Positions 28,984 through 38,348 of a stretch of DNA of 64,000 nt are shown here, one piece after another; the stretch's first letter is position 1, and the number at the start of each line of letters is the position of its first letter. The translations under genes and the position numbers were made by a program. The notes under the pieces are model-generated. The model did not search any database. It saw only the letters and a program-made list of their open reading frames with translations, and was not told the DNA's origin. The DNA is from Escherichia coli (GTDB lineage Bacteria > Pseudomonadota > Gammaproteobacteria > Enterobacterales > Enterobacteriaceae). The stretch is taken from NCBI RefSeq assembly GCF_050920415.1, contig NZ_CP169309.1; one strand, written 5' to 3'.

Positions 28984-31900
28984 TTAATCAAACAATGATT
29001 CAATGTCGTTAATCAGCTCGCTGGCGGTGATGTCGTCGAGCATGGAAAAAGTAAGTAAAGGTTGTTTACCGTAGCGATCATCTGGCGAGGTGATTTTTAC
29101 GCTTTCAACAGGTAACAGGTCGCCATAACCTGTTTCACCATAAATTAATGAAAAATGTTCTGTTTCAAGTTCGAGATCGCCATAAGGGGTAGATTTGCGC
29201 ATCGCATAGACGCTGCCGCTTTCTTCCAGACGTTGCCAGCCTCGGCGCTCTAGCCCGACAATACGTCCGGCCTGACAGAGCTGTCCTTGCCAGCGTGTCA
29301 GGTCGTGGGTATTCCGTTCATTATCAGCAAGACGATAACTACCACGATCGAGCTGTTGGAAGGGGGGAAGCAGTTCGTAATCAGCGTAAATTTGCCTGAA
29401 TGCAGCGGCAGATTCAGGGGGGATCTCCAGCACATGCGGTATACCGATGTTTCCTGCTGGCAGCGTGAATAACTCATCCTGCGCATCGCTGTAAGTGCTG
29501 TCTTCTGCGACCCGGAAGCAGGCAATCAGCGTGTTTTCCTCAGTATATACTCCCCATAACAGCCGTCGGGTTAAGTGACGTACCAGCGGATGCTCCACCA
29601 GAAACAGGCGGAACTGTTCTGCCGTCCAGCGTCTGCGCTGGCACATAGCCTGCTCCAGACGATCAATCTGCTGACTGGCAATGGCGCGCACATCTTTCTT
29701 CAATTGTTTGAAGAGGTTAACGGCGTCAGTTGCCAGTGTTTTATCATCGCTCTGATTTGGTTTGGGTAAATCTTTCAGGACTTTGCCGTTTGCATCGCGC
29801 ACTACAGGTTTTAAGGTTTCGTCAAAAACAACGGTGAATTGACGTGGGCCGAAATCCAGTATCAGCGAGCCACTGCTATCAAGCCCTAAATCTGGAGCCA
29901 GGCGGTCTTCCAGTTCAGCCATAGTCAGCCCACGGTTTTCAGCAACTATGTTGATTTTCTCGCGGGCATGTTCCTGTAATGCAACGAATTTAATCTTTTT
30001 CGCAATGCCATTAAGCAGCATTAGCGCAACATCGCTGCCAATATCAGCTAATACATCCAACCCGGACACCGCCCGTTTATGCTGTGATTCCCCAGGCCAG
30101 GCACGGATAAGCGGGGTTAATTTACGCGCGGTGTCGTCATTGCCTAAAATCCCCAGCGAAGTAAATGCCCAGTTTTCTTTTGCGGGTGCGCCAGCTTCTG
30201 TCCAGGCGGTATACAGATCCCAGCCAAAGTCAGCCAGTGATTCGCGAGTGAAGGTTTCTTTGATGATCTCCAGCCCAGCGTAGGCGGTAATGTCGCGAGG
30301 AAAGCTCAGCATAGTGCCCAGGTGGCGCATAGCGTCATCTGGTAGAGGCAGGTTGTTACTTTTAAGCCGTGGTCTGCGCCATAAGGTGAACTGATAAAAG
30401 CCGGGCAGTGGGGCGATTTTTGCGGGATATTCTTCCAGAGGATCGCTATCAAATAATGTTGCCAGCGCAGCTAAAACATCAGGTTGATTATATCCTTGCG
30501 CGATTTTCTCAATCGTTTCTCGCTGGTTTAATTTCACTAGCAGTCGGAGCGCCTGGCGGGCATATTCCCGATTTTGGCACGGTTTGCCCAGCGCCAAAGG
30601 CAGTAGCCCGGCGGCGGCATGGCGCGGGTTATTTGCCAGCCAATTAACGGCATCCTTGTAAGCCATTTTTTTCTGTAACCGCTGCGCCATTGGTAAGGCT
30701 AGTTCACTGGCCCCAATAAAGAGGGTGAATATCCACAGTCGTTGATGATCTCGTTGCAAGCAGGTCATAAACGCAGGAATGGCCGTACTACCAAAAACTG
30801 CCAGAATCTCTTTCTCACCTGAATATCGCTCCTCAATGATTATTTGGTTGAGAAATGAAATCGCCTGTTGTCCCGGTAAGTAACAAAGCGCAGATAAATT
30901 CCAGCTTTTGTTGGCATTGTTGTGATATTTCGCAAACTCAGCTTTTAGTGCTGGAAAATCAAAGCGCAACAAGGCATCAACAGCGCTTTGCGGTATGTGT
31001 TTTTTTTCATGTAAGTCATCTTCGCAATGCAGCCATTCATTAAAACCTAATTGCCAAAGGATTTGTTGTTCTGGTGTAAAAGGAATGAAAGATGTCTCCC
31101 AGCTTTCTTTTTCAATTAGTGGTAGGTCGGTAAATAAGGTTTGCTGTGATGCCTGATATTTCGCGATTTCACTGAATCTGGATATGTCAGTGTGACTGAT
31201 TAACTCTGTAATTCCAGGTGTGATGTCAGTGACGGAAGGGATGGGAAGTACCGGTAAATCAAATACGGGTATTACATTCTTTTTCTTATTTATTGCCCAC
31301 GGTGGAGCGACAAGCAGCTCTGGCAACATATCCGCAGTGGCATACTCATATTCTTCAGCTACTGACTGAGGACGACATTCAGATAAGATGCCTGCCGCTT
31401 TAGCATTAACCCAGGGAATGACGTCGCGTACTAATTCTGGCGTGACGGTAATCAGTTTGACAAGCGCTTTACGCCACTCTTTGTCTTCATGTATTGCCAG
31501 CAAAGTAGCATAAGCGGCAATAGCCGCAGCGGGATGTTTTTGGCAGGCTTTGCTTAAGTATTCCAGGTGCTTTTTCTTGCCATTTACACCGAGGATCAGA
31601 ATTTGAATCGCATCCGGGTGATTCGTTTTCCATAGCCATTTGACAAGATCTTCAGTCTCGCTGATGCGCTCGAAGAGATAAGTGGGATTGTCAGAATGCT
31701 CTTCCACAAACTCAGTAAGTATCCGGCTTACACCGCGCCCCCCATTATTTGCCAGCAACATTGCCAGATAAGCGCGAAAATCACGATACAACGGTGGGAA
31801 GTCGTATTTTTCTGCTGTAGTCAGAGCTATATCATCGGTTACTACCAGTCTTAACCAGGTTATCGCCGGAACGTTTTGGTCTGCATAATGTAGCGCCATA

Positions 31901-32781
31901 GCATTGGCAATATCCGGGCGTTCAGGGAGCAGTAACGCGGCAAAAGGTTGCCGTGCTGGGGATAGCGTCGGAATAGCAGTAAGCACTTTATCCACACAGC
32001 GTTGCCACTCATCTTCTGAAGCGAGTGAAAGATGATGACATAGACGTTGATGCCAACTCGGTAGCGATTCTGCTTCGTGATTAGGTGGAATGATGGTGGT
32101 TACTGCGCCTTTTACTGGTTTATATTTGAGTTGAAGAGCGAGAAGGGCGATTTCAACGGCACTTTCCAGACCACAGCGAATGACTAAGTCATCGACCAGT
32201 TCATCTTGAGAGTAAGAGTTCCAAAAGCCCCAGAGCAATGCTGCATCAGATTGCGCACTCCCTGTCGGTTGATTACCCTGAACTCGCATTTGTAACTCAG
32301 CAAAAGCCTGCTGCCAGTTTTCTGGATAAGAGCGGTAATTATTGTCGGGGTCATATGCCCTCGTGTTATTCGCGATGCGCTTCCATATTTGGCCATCTTT
32401 GTGCAGATAATTGATATCTCTGGGGCGAGAGCGATGTGGAAAAGCAAATCGGTTAATATCGTCGGTTAGCGGAATGGCTGCATCATCAGCCAGCCATGGG
32501 CGTTTGTTTTTACTCTCAGGTGAAGTTTCAACGTCAGGAGTGACTTTGGTGACGGGGGGGATATGCACGTTTGCCGAAGCGTCTTCCACATAGCCTTTTT
32601 TCGTTTTCTCAGCGATAAGCTTCAGTTCCGCTTTTTCCGCCGCCGCAGCATCCGCAAAGCTTTTTATCTGGCTTTGCCCTTGGGTGCCAACTTTTCCCCA
32701 ACTGATATGCAACTCGTTACCTTGCTGCTCCACCGCCCAGAATTTATGTGATTTTTCGTCCTGATAGATATAACTCTTCAT
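28984..32781 (-). CDS. second MolR-family paralog with N-terminal WGR-like domain
   Basis: 1265-aa ORF; first ~65 aa and last ~25 aa nearly identical to the 25177..28971 paralog, central region diverged. Confidence 0.8.
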   Translation of the reverse strand: MKSYIYQDEKSHKFWAVEQQGNELHISWGKVGTQGQSQIKSFADAAAAEKAELKLIAEKTKKGYVEDASANVHIPPVTKVTPDVETSPESKNKRPWLADDAAIPLTDDINRFAFPHRSRPRDINYLHKDGQIWKRIANNTRAYDPDNNYRSYPENWQQAFAELQMRVQGNQPTGSAQSDAALLWGFWNSYSQDELVDDLVIRCGLESAVEIALLALQLKYKPVKGAVTTIIPPNHEAESLPSWHQRLCHHLSLASEDEWQRCVDKVLTAIPTLSPARQPFAALLLPERPDIANAMALHYADQNVPAITWLRLVVTDDIALTTAEKYDFPPLYRDFRAYLAMLLANNGGRGVSRILTEFVEEHSDNPTYLFERISETEDLVKWLWKTNHPDAIQILILGVNGKKKHLEYLSKACQKHPAAAIAAYATLLAIHEDKEWRKALVKLITVTPELVRDVIPWVNAKAAGILSECRPQSVAEEYEYATADMLPELLVAPPWAINKKKNVIPVFDLPVLPIPSVTDITPGITELISHTDISRFSEIAKYQASQQTLFTDLPLIEKESWETSFIPFTPEQQILWQLGFNEWLHCEDDLHEKKHIPQSAVDALLRFDFPALKAEFAKYHNNANKSWNLSALCYLPGQQAISFLNQIIIEERYSGEKEILAVFGSTAIPAFMTCLQRDHQRLWIFTLFIGASELALPMAQRLQKKMAYKDAVNWLANNPRHAAAGLLPLALGKPCQNREYARQALRLLVKLNQRETIEKIAQGYNQPDVLAALATLFDSDPLEEYPAKIAPLPGFYQFTLWRRPRLKSNNLPLPDDAMRHLGTMLSFPRDITAYAGLEIIKETFTRESLADFGWDLYTAWTEAGAPAKENWAFTSLGILGNDDTARKLTPLIRAWPGESQHKRAVSGLDVLADIGSDVALMLLNGIAKKIKFVALQEHAREKINIVAENRGLTMAELEDRLAPDLGLDSSGSLILDFGPRQFTVVFDETLKPVVRDANGKVLKDLPKPNQSDDKTLATDAVNLFKQLKKDVRAIASQQIDRLEQAMCQRRRWTAEQFRLFLVEHPLVRHLTRRLLWGVYTEENTLIACFRVAEDSTYSDAQDELFTLPAGNIGIPHVLEIPPESAAAFRQIYADYELLPPFQQLDRGSYRLADNERNTHDLTRWQGQLCQAGRIVGLERRGWQRLEESGSVYAMRKSTPYGDLELETEHFSLIYGETGYGDLLPVESVKITSPDDRYGKQPLLTFSMLDDITASELINDIESLFD

Positions 32782-32877
32782 CCGCGTTCCCTGTATTTAT
32801 ATCCAGTTATAAGCGGATGCTAGCAGTTAATGAAAAAAATTAAGAGCGTTGAACAAACAAGAAAACAACTTTAGGAA

Positions 32878-32912
32878 TTCATAAAGAAAAGGCGCTGTCG
32901 ATGCAGCGCCTT
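32878..32912 (-). terminator. metG rho-independent terminator
   Basis: Stem aaggcgctg / cagcgcctt with 7-nt loop; U-rich tract in the minus-strand RNA immediately 3' of the stem. Confidence 0.6.
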
Positions 32913-32921
32913 GAAGGGGGA

Positions 32922-34955
32922 TTATTTCACCTGATGGCCCGGTTTAGCACCGGCATCCGGGCTTAGCAGGAAGATATCTTTCCCGCCAGGACCGGCAGCC
33001 ATCACCATGCCTTCGGAGATACCGAAGCGCATTTTACGTGGTGCCAGGTTAGCCACCATAATGGTGTGACGACCAATCAATGCCTGCGGATCCGGGTAAG
33101 CAGAACGAATGCCGGAGAAGACATTGCGTTTTTCACCGCCGAGATCCAGCGTCAGGCGCAGCAGTTTGTCAGAACCTTCAACAAACTCTGCGTTTTCGAT
33201 CAACGCCACGCGCAGGTCAACTTTGGCGAAGTCGTCAAAGGTGATGGTTTCCTGAATCGGATCATCTGCCAGCGGGCCAGTAACTGGTGCGGCAGTGGCT
33301 TTCACTTCTTCTTTAGATGCTTCCACCAGTGCTTCAACCTGCTTCATGTCAATACGGTTATACAGCGCCTTGAACGGATTCACTTTGTGGCCCAGCAGCG
33401 GTTGCTGGATACCATCCCAAGTCAGTTCCGTATTGAGGAATGCTTCTGCACGCTCGGTCAGTTTTGGCAGTACCGGTTTCAGGTAGGTCATCAGCACGCG
33501 GAACAGGTTAATGCCCATAGAGCAAATCGCCTGCAGGTCAGCATCGCGACCTTCCTGTTTTGCGACTACCCACGGAGCCTGTTCATCGACATAGCGGTTA
33601 GCCAGGTCAGCCAGTGCCATGATTTCGCGCACTGCTTTACCAAATTCACGGCTTTCCCACGCTTCGCCAATCACTTCAGCGGCATCCGTGAAGGTTTTGT
33701 ACAACTGCGGGTCAGCCAGTTCGCTTGCCAACACGCCGTCAAAACGCTTGTTGATAAAGCCCGCGTTACGGGATGCCAGGTTTACAACCTTATTAACGAT
33801 ATCGGCATTCACGCGCTGGACGAAATCCTCGAGGTTGAGATCGATATCATCAATGCGCGAAGAGAGTTTCGCAGTGTAGTAGTAACGCAGGCTGTCAGCG
33901 TCAAAATGATTCAGCCAGGTGCTGGCTTTAATAAAGGTGCCGCGAGACTTGGACATCTTCGCGCCGTTCACCGTTACATAGCCGTGAACAAACAGGTTGG
34001 TCGGCTTGCGGAAGTTGCTACCTTCCAACATGGCAGGCCAGAACAGGCTGTGGAAGTAAACAATATCTTTACCGATGAAGTGGTACAGCTCGGCGGTGGA
34101 GTCTTTCTTCCAGTATTCATCGAAGCTTACGCTGTCGCCGCGCTTGTCACACAGATTCTTGAAAGAACCCATGTAGCCAATCGGTGCGTCCAGCCAGACG
34201 TAGAAATATTTGCCCGGCGCGTTCGGAATTTCAAAACCGAAGTAAGGGGCGTCGCGGGAGATATCCCATTGTTGCAGGCCAGATTCAAACCACTCCTGCA
34301 TTTTGTTTGCCACCTGCTCCTGCAACGCACCGCTGCGGGTCCATGCCTGCAGCATTTCGCTGAAAGAGGGCAGATCAAAGAAGAAGTGTTCAGAATCACG
34401 CATTACCGGGGTAGCGCCAGAAACCACCGATTTCGGCTCGATCAGTTCAGTCGGGCTGTAGGTCGCGCCGCAGACTTCGCAGTTATCGCCGTATTGATCC
34501 GGGGATTTACATTTCGGGCAGGTGCCTTTTACAAAACGGTCCGGCAGGAACATGCCTTTTTCCGGATCGTACAGTTGAGAGATGGTGCGGTTTTTAATAA
34601 AACCGTTTTCCTTCAGGCGAGTATAGATAAGTTCTGACAACTGTCGGTTCTCTTCACTGTGCGTCGAGTGATAGTTGTCATAGCTGATGTTAAAGCCTGC
34701 GAAATCAGTCTGATGCTCCTGACTCATTTCGCCAATCATCTGCTCCGGAGTGATACCAAGCTGCTGAGCTTTCAGCATGATTGGTGTACCGTGGGCATCG
34801 TCGGCGCAGATGAAGTTGACCTCGTGGCCGCGCATTCGCTGGTAACGGACCCAGACATCAGCCTGGATGTGCTCCAGCATATGGCCGAGGTGGATTGAGC
34901 CGTTAGCGTACGGCAGTGCGCACGTCACCAGAATTTTCTTCGCGACTTGAGTCAT
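32922..34955 (-). CDS. metG: methionyl-tRNA synthetase
   Basis: ORF 32922..34964; start at ATG 34955 ([26 protein letters not shown]...), 677 aa; class I HIGH motif and KMSKS present. Confidence 0.95.
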   Translation of the reverse strand: MTQVAKKILVTCALPYANGSIHLGHMLEHIQADVWVRYQRMRGHEVNFICADDAHGTPIMLKAQQLGITPEQMIGEMSQEHQTDFAGFNISYDNYHSTHSEENRQLSELIYTRLKENGFIKNRTISQLYDPEKGMFLPDRFVKGTCPKCKSPDQYGDNCEVCGATYSPTELIEPKSVVSGATPVMRDSEHFFFDLPSFSEMLQAWTRSGALQEQVANKMQEWFESGLQQWDISRDAPYFGFEIPNAPGKYFYVWLDAPIGYMGSFKNLCDKRGDSVSFDEYWKKDSTAELYHFIGKDIVYFHSLFWPAMLEGSNFRKPTNLFVHGYVTVNGAKMSKSRGTFIKASTWLNHFDADSLRYYYTAKLSSRIDDIDLNLEDFVQRVNADIVNKVVNLASRNAGFINKRFDGVLASELADPQLYKTFTDAAEVIGEAWESREFGKAVREIMALADLANRYVDEQAPWVVAKQEGRDADLQAICSMGINLFRVLMTYLKPVLPKLTERAEAFLNTELTWDGIQQPLLGHKVNPFKALYNRIDMKQVEALVEASKEEVKATAAPVTGPLADDPIQETITFDDFAKVDLRVALIENAEFVEGSDKLLRLTLDLGGEKRNVFSGIRSAYPDPQALIGRHTIMVANLAPRKMRFGISEGMVMAAGPGGKDIFLLSPDAGAKPGHQVK

Positions 34956-35086
34956 AGTAGGCATTACTTCTTAATAGTGAAAAGGGGTTAGATAGTACCA
35001 AATGGGAAAATGTTAAGTAAGTACTTCTCTATATTCTTCAGGTAAACTATCAGCTGATGGTTTATCTATACAAAAAAGGAGTCGGG

Positions 35087-36196
35087 ATGAACGAACAATC
35101 CCAGGCCAAATCACCAGAAGCCTTGCGCGCAATGGTCGCCGGGACACTGGCCAATTTTCAGCACCCAACCCTGAAGCATAACCTCACCACGCTGAAAGCG
35201 TTGCACCATGTCGCCTGGATGGACGACACGTTGCATGTGGAACTGGTTATGCCATTCGTCTGGCATAGCGCGTTCGAAGAGTTAAAAGAGCAATGTAGCG
35301 CTGAACTGCTGCGCATCACCGGGGCGAAAGCTATCGACTGGAAACTGTCGCACAATATCGCCACCTTAAAACGCGTGAAGAATCAGCCGGGAATTAACGG
35401 CGTGAAGAACATCATTGCGGTCAGCTCCGGTAAAGGCGGCGTGGGTAAATCCTCCACGGCGGTAAATCTGGCGCTGGCACTGGCGGCGGAAGGGGCGAAA
35501 GTCGGCATTCTGGACGCCGATATCTACGGCCCATCAATACCCACCATGCTGGGCGCAGAAAATCAGCGTCCAACTTCGCCGGACGGTACCCATATGGCAC
35601 CGATTATGTCTCATGGACTGGCAACCAATTCAATTGGTTATCTGGTCACTGACGACAATGCGATGGTGTGGCGTGGTCCGATGGCGAGCAAGGCGTTAAT
35701 GCAGATGTTGCAGGAAACCTTGTGGCCGGATCTCGACTATCTGGTGCTTGATATGCCGCCAGGCACCGGTGACATTCAATTGACACTGGCACAAAACATT
35801 CCAGTAACTGGCGCGGTAGTGGTCACCACCCCGCAGGACATTGCGTTGATCGATGCGAAAAAAGGCATTGTGATGTTCGAGAAAGTCGAGGTTCCGGTGC
35901 TCGGTATTGTCGAGAACATGAGCGTGCATATTTGCAGTAACTGTGGTCACCATGAACCGATTTTCGGTACCGGTGGTGCAGAGAAACTGGCCGAGAAATA
36001 CCACACGCAGTTGCTGGGGCAGATGCCGTTACACATCTCCTTACGTGAAGATCTCGATAAAGGCACGCCAACGGTTATCAGCCGTCCGGAGAGCGAATTT
36101 ACCGCTATCTACCGCCAGCTGGCTGACCGCGTTGCAGCCCAGCTTTATTGGCAGGGAGAAGTCATTCCTGGCGAGATTTCCTTCCGCGCGGTCTGA
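35087..36196 (+). CDS. apbC: Fe-S cluster carrier ATPase (Mrp/ApbC)
   Basis: ORF 35057..36196; start at ATG 35087 with AGGAG SD; 369 aa; P-loop GKGGVGKS; divergent from metG. Confidence 0.9.
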   Translation: MNEQSQAKSPEALRAMVAGTLANFQHPTLKHNLTTLKALHHVAWMDDTLHVELVMPFVWHSAFEELKEQCSAELLRITGAKAIDWKLSHNIATLKRVKNQPGINGVKNIIAVSSGKGGVGKSSTAVNLALALAAEGAKVGILDADIYGPSIPTMLGAENQRPTSPDGTHMAPIMSHGLATNSIGYLVTDDNAMVWRGPMASKALMQMLQETLWPDLDYLVLDMPPGTGDIQLTLAQNIPVTGAVVVTTPQDIALIDAKKGIVMFEKVEVPVLGIVENMSVHICSNCGHHEPIFGTGGAEKLAEKYHTQLLGQMPLHISLREDLDKGTPTVISRPESEFTAIYRQLADRVAAQLYWQGEVIPGEISFRAV

Positions 36197-36225
36197 CGCG
36201 TATTAACCTTTTTGGTTGTTTTTCG

Positions 36226-36268
36226 TACACCGCAGAGATGTTACATTGATGCGGTGTATTTGTTTTTG
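36226..36268 (+). terminator. apbC terminator
   Basis: Stem tacaccgca / tgcggtgta followed by tttgtttttg. Confidence 0.55.
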
Positions 36269-36458
36269 CCGCATTAATGAACACTTATTTAATGCTGCGA
36301 ATATTCTGCGGACCTTCGTCCGAAACTCTATAAAGTCGATTGATCGTACAGGCAATGCTTCATTATCATCCTTCGTGGCTGTGTAGTGGATGTACAGCTA
36401 TAGTTTGTTATGCACTCATTCTATCCAGGCATAACCTTTACTACAGGGATAACGTTCA

Positions 36459-36740
36459 ATGAATAAGTACTGGCTGTCAGGAATTATTTTTCTTGCCTAT
36501 GGAATGGCTTCTCCCGCGTTCTCTTCACAGACTGCCACATTAACGATTAATGGCAGGATCAGTCCCCCAACATGCAGTATGGCTATGGTTAATGGTCAAC
36601 CTCAACAGCATTGTGGTCAGTTAACGTATGATGTTGATACCCGTCATCAGGTTTCTTCGCCAGTCAAAGGTGTGACGACAGAAGTGGTTGTTGCAGGTAG
36701 CGATAGCAAACGTCGAATCGTGTTAAATCGCTACGATTAA
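36459..36740 (+). CDS. yehE: small secreted protein (DUF2574)
   Basis: 93 aa with signal peptide; position upstream of the yeh fimbrial operon as in K-12. Confidence 0.75.
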   Translation: MNKYWLSGIIFLAYGMASPAFSSQTATLTINGRISPPTCSMAMVNGQPQQHCGQLTYDVDTRHQVSSPVKGVTTEVVVAGSDSKRRIVLNRYD

Positions 36741-36771
36741 TTTGCCACCCTAGTTCTTTAAGCGGATTTAG

Positions 36772-36814
36772 AAAGCTGAAATCATTCGCGTGAATGATTT
36801 CAGCTTTTTTATTG
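36772..36814 (+). terminator. yehE rho-independent terminator
   Basis: 16-bp stem aaagctgaaatcattc / gaatgatttcagcttt followed by ttttttatt. Confidence 0.7.
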
Positions 36815-37035
36815 ATATTAATAATACCATTTAAAAAAATCTGCATTAATTAATAGATGTGATAAATATTTAATATGCTTAAGTATTTGTTGTATTTATA
36901 TTGCAATGGTTAATTTGTTTTAAATCAATAAAACAATATGTTTACATTGCGGCAACTTTTTTGATGTGAGAAATTTGTTTCCAAGAGATACAGACTCTTA
37001 ACAACCAAAAAATAAATTTTATTAAGGAACATATT

Positions 37036-37578
37036 ATGAAACGTTCAATTATTGCTGCCGCTGTCTTTTCTTCTTTTTTTATGAGCGCTGGGGTATTTGC
37101 CGCAGACGTTGATACCGGAACATTAACCATTAAAGGGAATATTGCAGAATCTCCGTGTAAATTCGAAGCGGGTGGCGATTCAGTAAGTATTAATATGCCA
37201 ACTGTACCAACCACTGTCTTTGAAGGTAAAGCTAAATACTCGACCTATGATGATGCAGTCGGTGTAACCAGCAGCATGTTAAAAATTAGCTGTCCGAAAG
37301 AAGTTGCTGGTGTAAAACTCTCGTTGATTACCAACGATAAAATAACCGGAAACGATAAGGCGATAGCCAGTAGCAACGATACCGTGGGGTACTATCTCTA
37401 TTTAGGTGATAACAGCGATGTCCTGGATGTTTCTGCACCTTTTAACATTGAAAGTTATAAAACAGCGGAAGGTCAATATGCCATTCCGTTTAAAGCGAAA
37501 TATCTGAAACTGACAGATAACTCAGTGCAATCAGCTGATGTGTTATCTTCTCTGGTTATGCGTGTGGCGCAGGATTAA
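37036..37578 (+). CDS. yehD: fimbrial major subunit (chaperone-usher)
   Basis: 180 aa, signal peptide, fimbrillin-like size; first gene of yehDCBA. Confidence 0.85.
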   Translation: MKRSIIAAAVFSSFFMSAGVFAADVDTGTLTIKGNIAESPCKFEAGGDSVSINMPTVPTTVFEGKAKYSTYDDAVGVTSSMLKISCPKEVAGVKLSLITNDKITGNDKAIASSNDTVGYYLYLGDNSDVLDVSAPFNIESYKTAEGQYAIPFKAKYLKLTDNSVQSADVLSSLVMRVAQD

Positions 37579-37614
37579 TAAATAAAATTTCAAATTTCCC
37601 CAGGTAATAAACAT

Positions 37615-37640
37615 GGCCGCTATCCCCATGGCGGCCTTTT
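37615..37640 (+). terminator. intra-operon attenuator hairpin between major subunit and chaperone
   Basis: Stem ggccgc / gcggcc with 10-nt loop followed by tttt; a common arrangement after fimbrial major-subunit genes. Confidence 0.35.
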
Positions 37641-37658
37641 AATTTAAGAGGCATTAAG

Positions 37659-38333
37659 ATGAAAGGATTATTAGCTTTACTTATTTCTTCTATGGTCCTT
37701 CCTGCGCATGCCGGAATTGTTATCTACGGGACGCGCATTATTTACCCGGCAGAAAATAAAGAAGTGATGGTGCAGTTGATGAACCAGGGAAACCGTTCTT
37801 CGCTGCTGCAGGCGTGGATTGATGATGGCGATACGTCGTTACCACCAGAAAAAATTCAGGTTCCTTTCATGTTAACGCCACCAGTGGCAAAAATAGGGGC
37901 AAATTCCGGGCAGCAAGTAAAAATCAAAATTATGTCGAATAAACTGCCCACTAATAAAGAGAGCATTTTTTATCTGAATGTTCTGGATATTCCACCAAAT
38001 AGTCCAGAGCAAGAGGGCAAGAATGCACTGAAATTTGCAATGCAAAACAGAATCAAATTGTTTTACCGGCCTGCGGGTATTGCACCGGTAAATAAAGCGA
38101 CATTTAAAAAGTTACTGGTAAATCGCAGTGGCAATGGATTGGTGATAAAAAATGACTCAGCAAATTGGGTAACGATTTCGGATGTCAAAGCTAATAATGT
38201 TAAAGTCAATTATGAAACTATCATGATTGCACCATTGGAAAGTCAGAGTGTTAATGTCAAAACTAATAATGCGAATAGCTGGCATCTGACCATTATCGAT
38301 GACCATGGCAACTATATTAGTGACAAAATTTAA
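37659..38333 (+). CDS. yehC: periplasmic fimbrial chaperone
   Basis: 224 aa; signal peptide MKGLLALLISSMVLPAHA; no in-frame start upstream (stop at 37608). Confidence 0.85.
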   Translation: MKGLLALLISSMVLPAHAGIVIYGTRIIYPAENKEVMVQLMNQGNRSSLLQAWIDDGDTSLPPEKIQVPFMLTPPVAKIGANSGQQVKIKIMSNKLPTNKESIFYLNVLDIPPNSPEQEGKNALKFAMQNRIKLFYRPAGIAPVNKATFKKLLVNRSGNGLVIKNDSANWVTISDVKANNVKVNYETIMIAPLESQSVNVKTNNANSWHLTIIDDHGNYISDKI

Positions 38334-38348
38334 TTGCAGGAGCTACCT

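Noticed and set aside
33066-34637. 523-aa ORF on the plus strand
   Set aside because: Antisense to metG, a highly conserved essential gene; composition typical of a shadow ORF.
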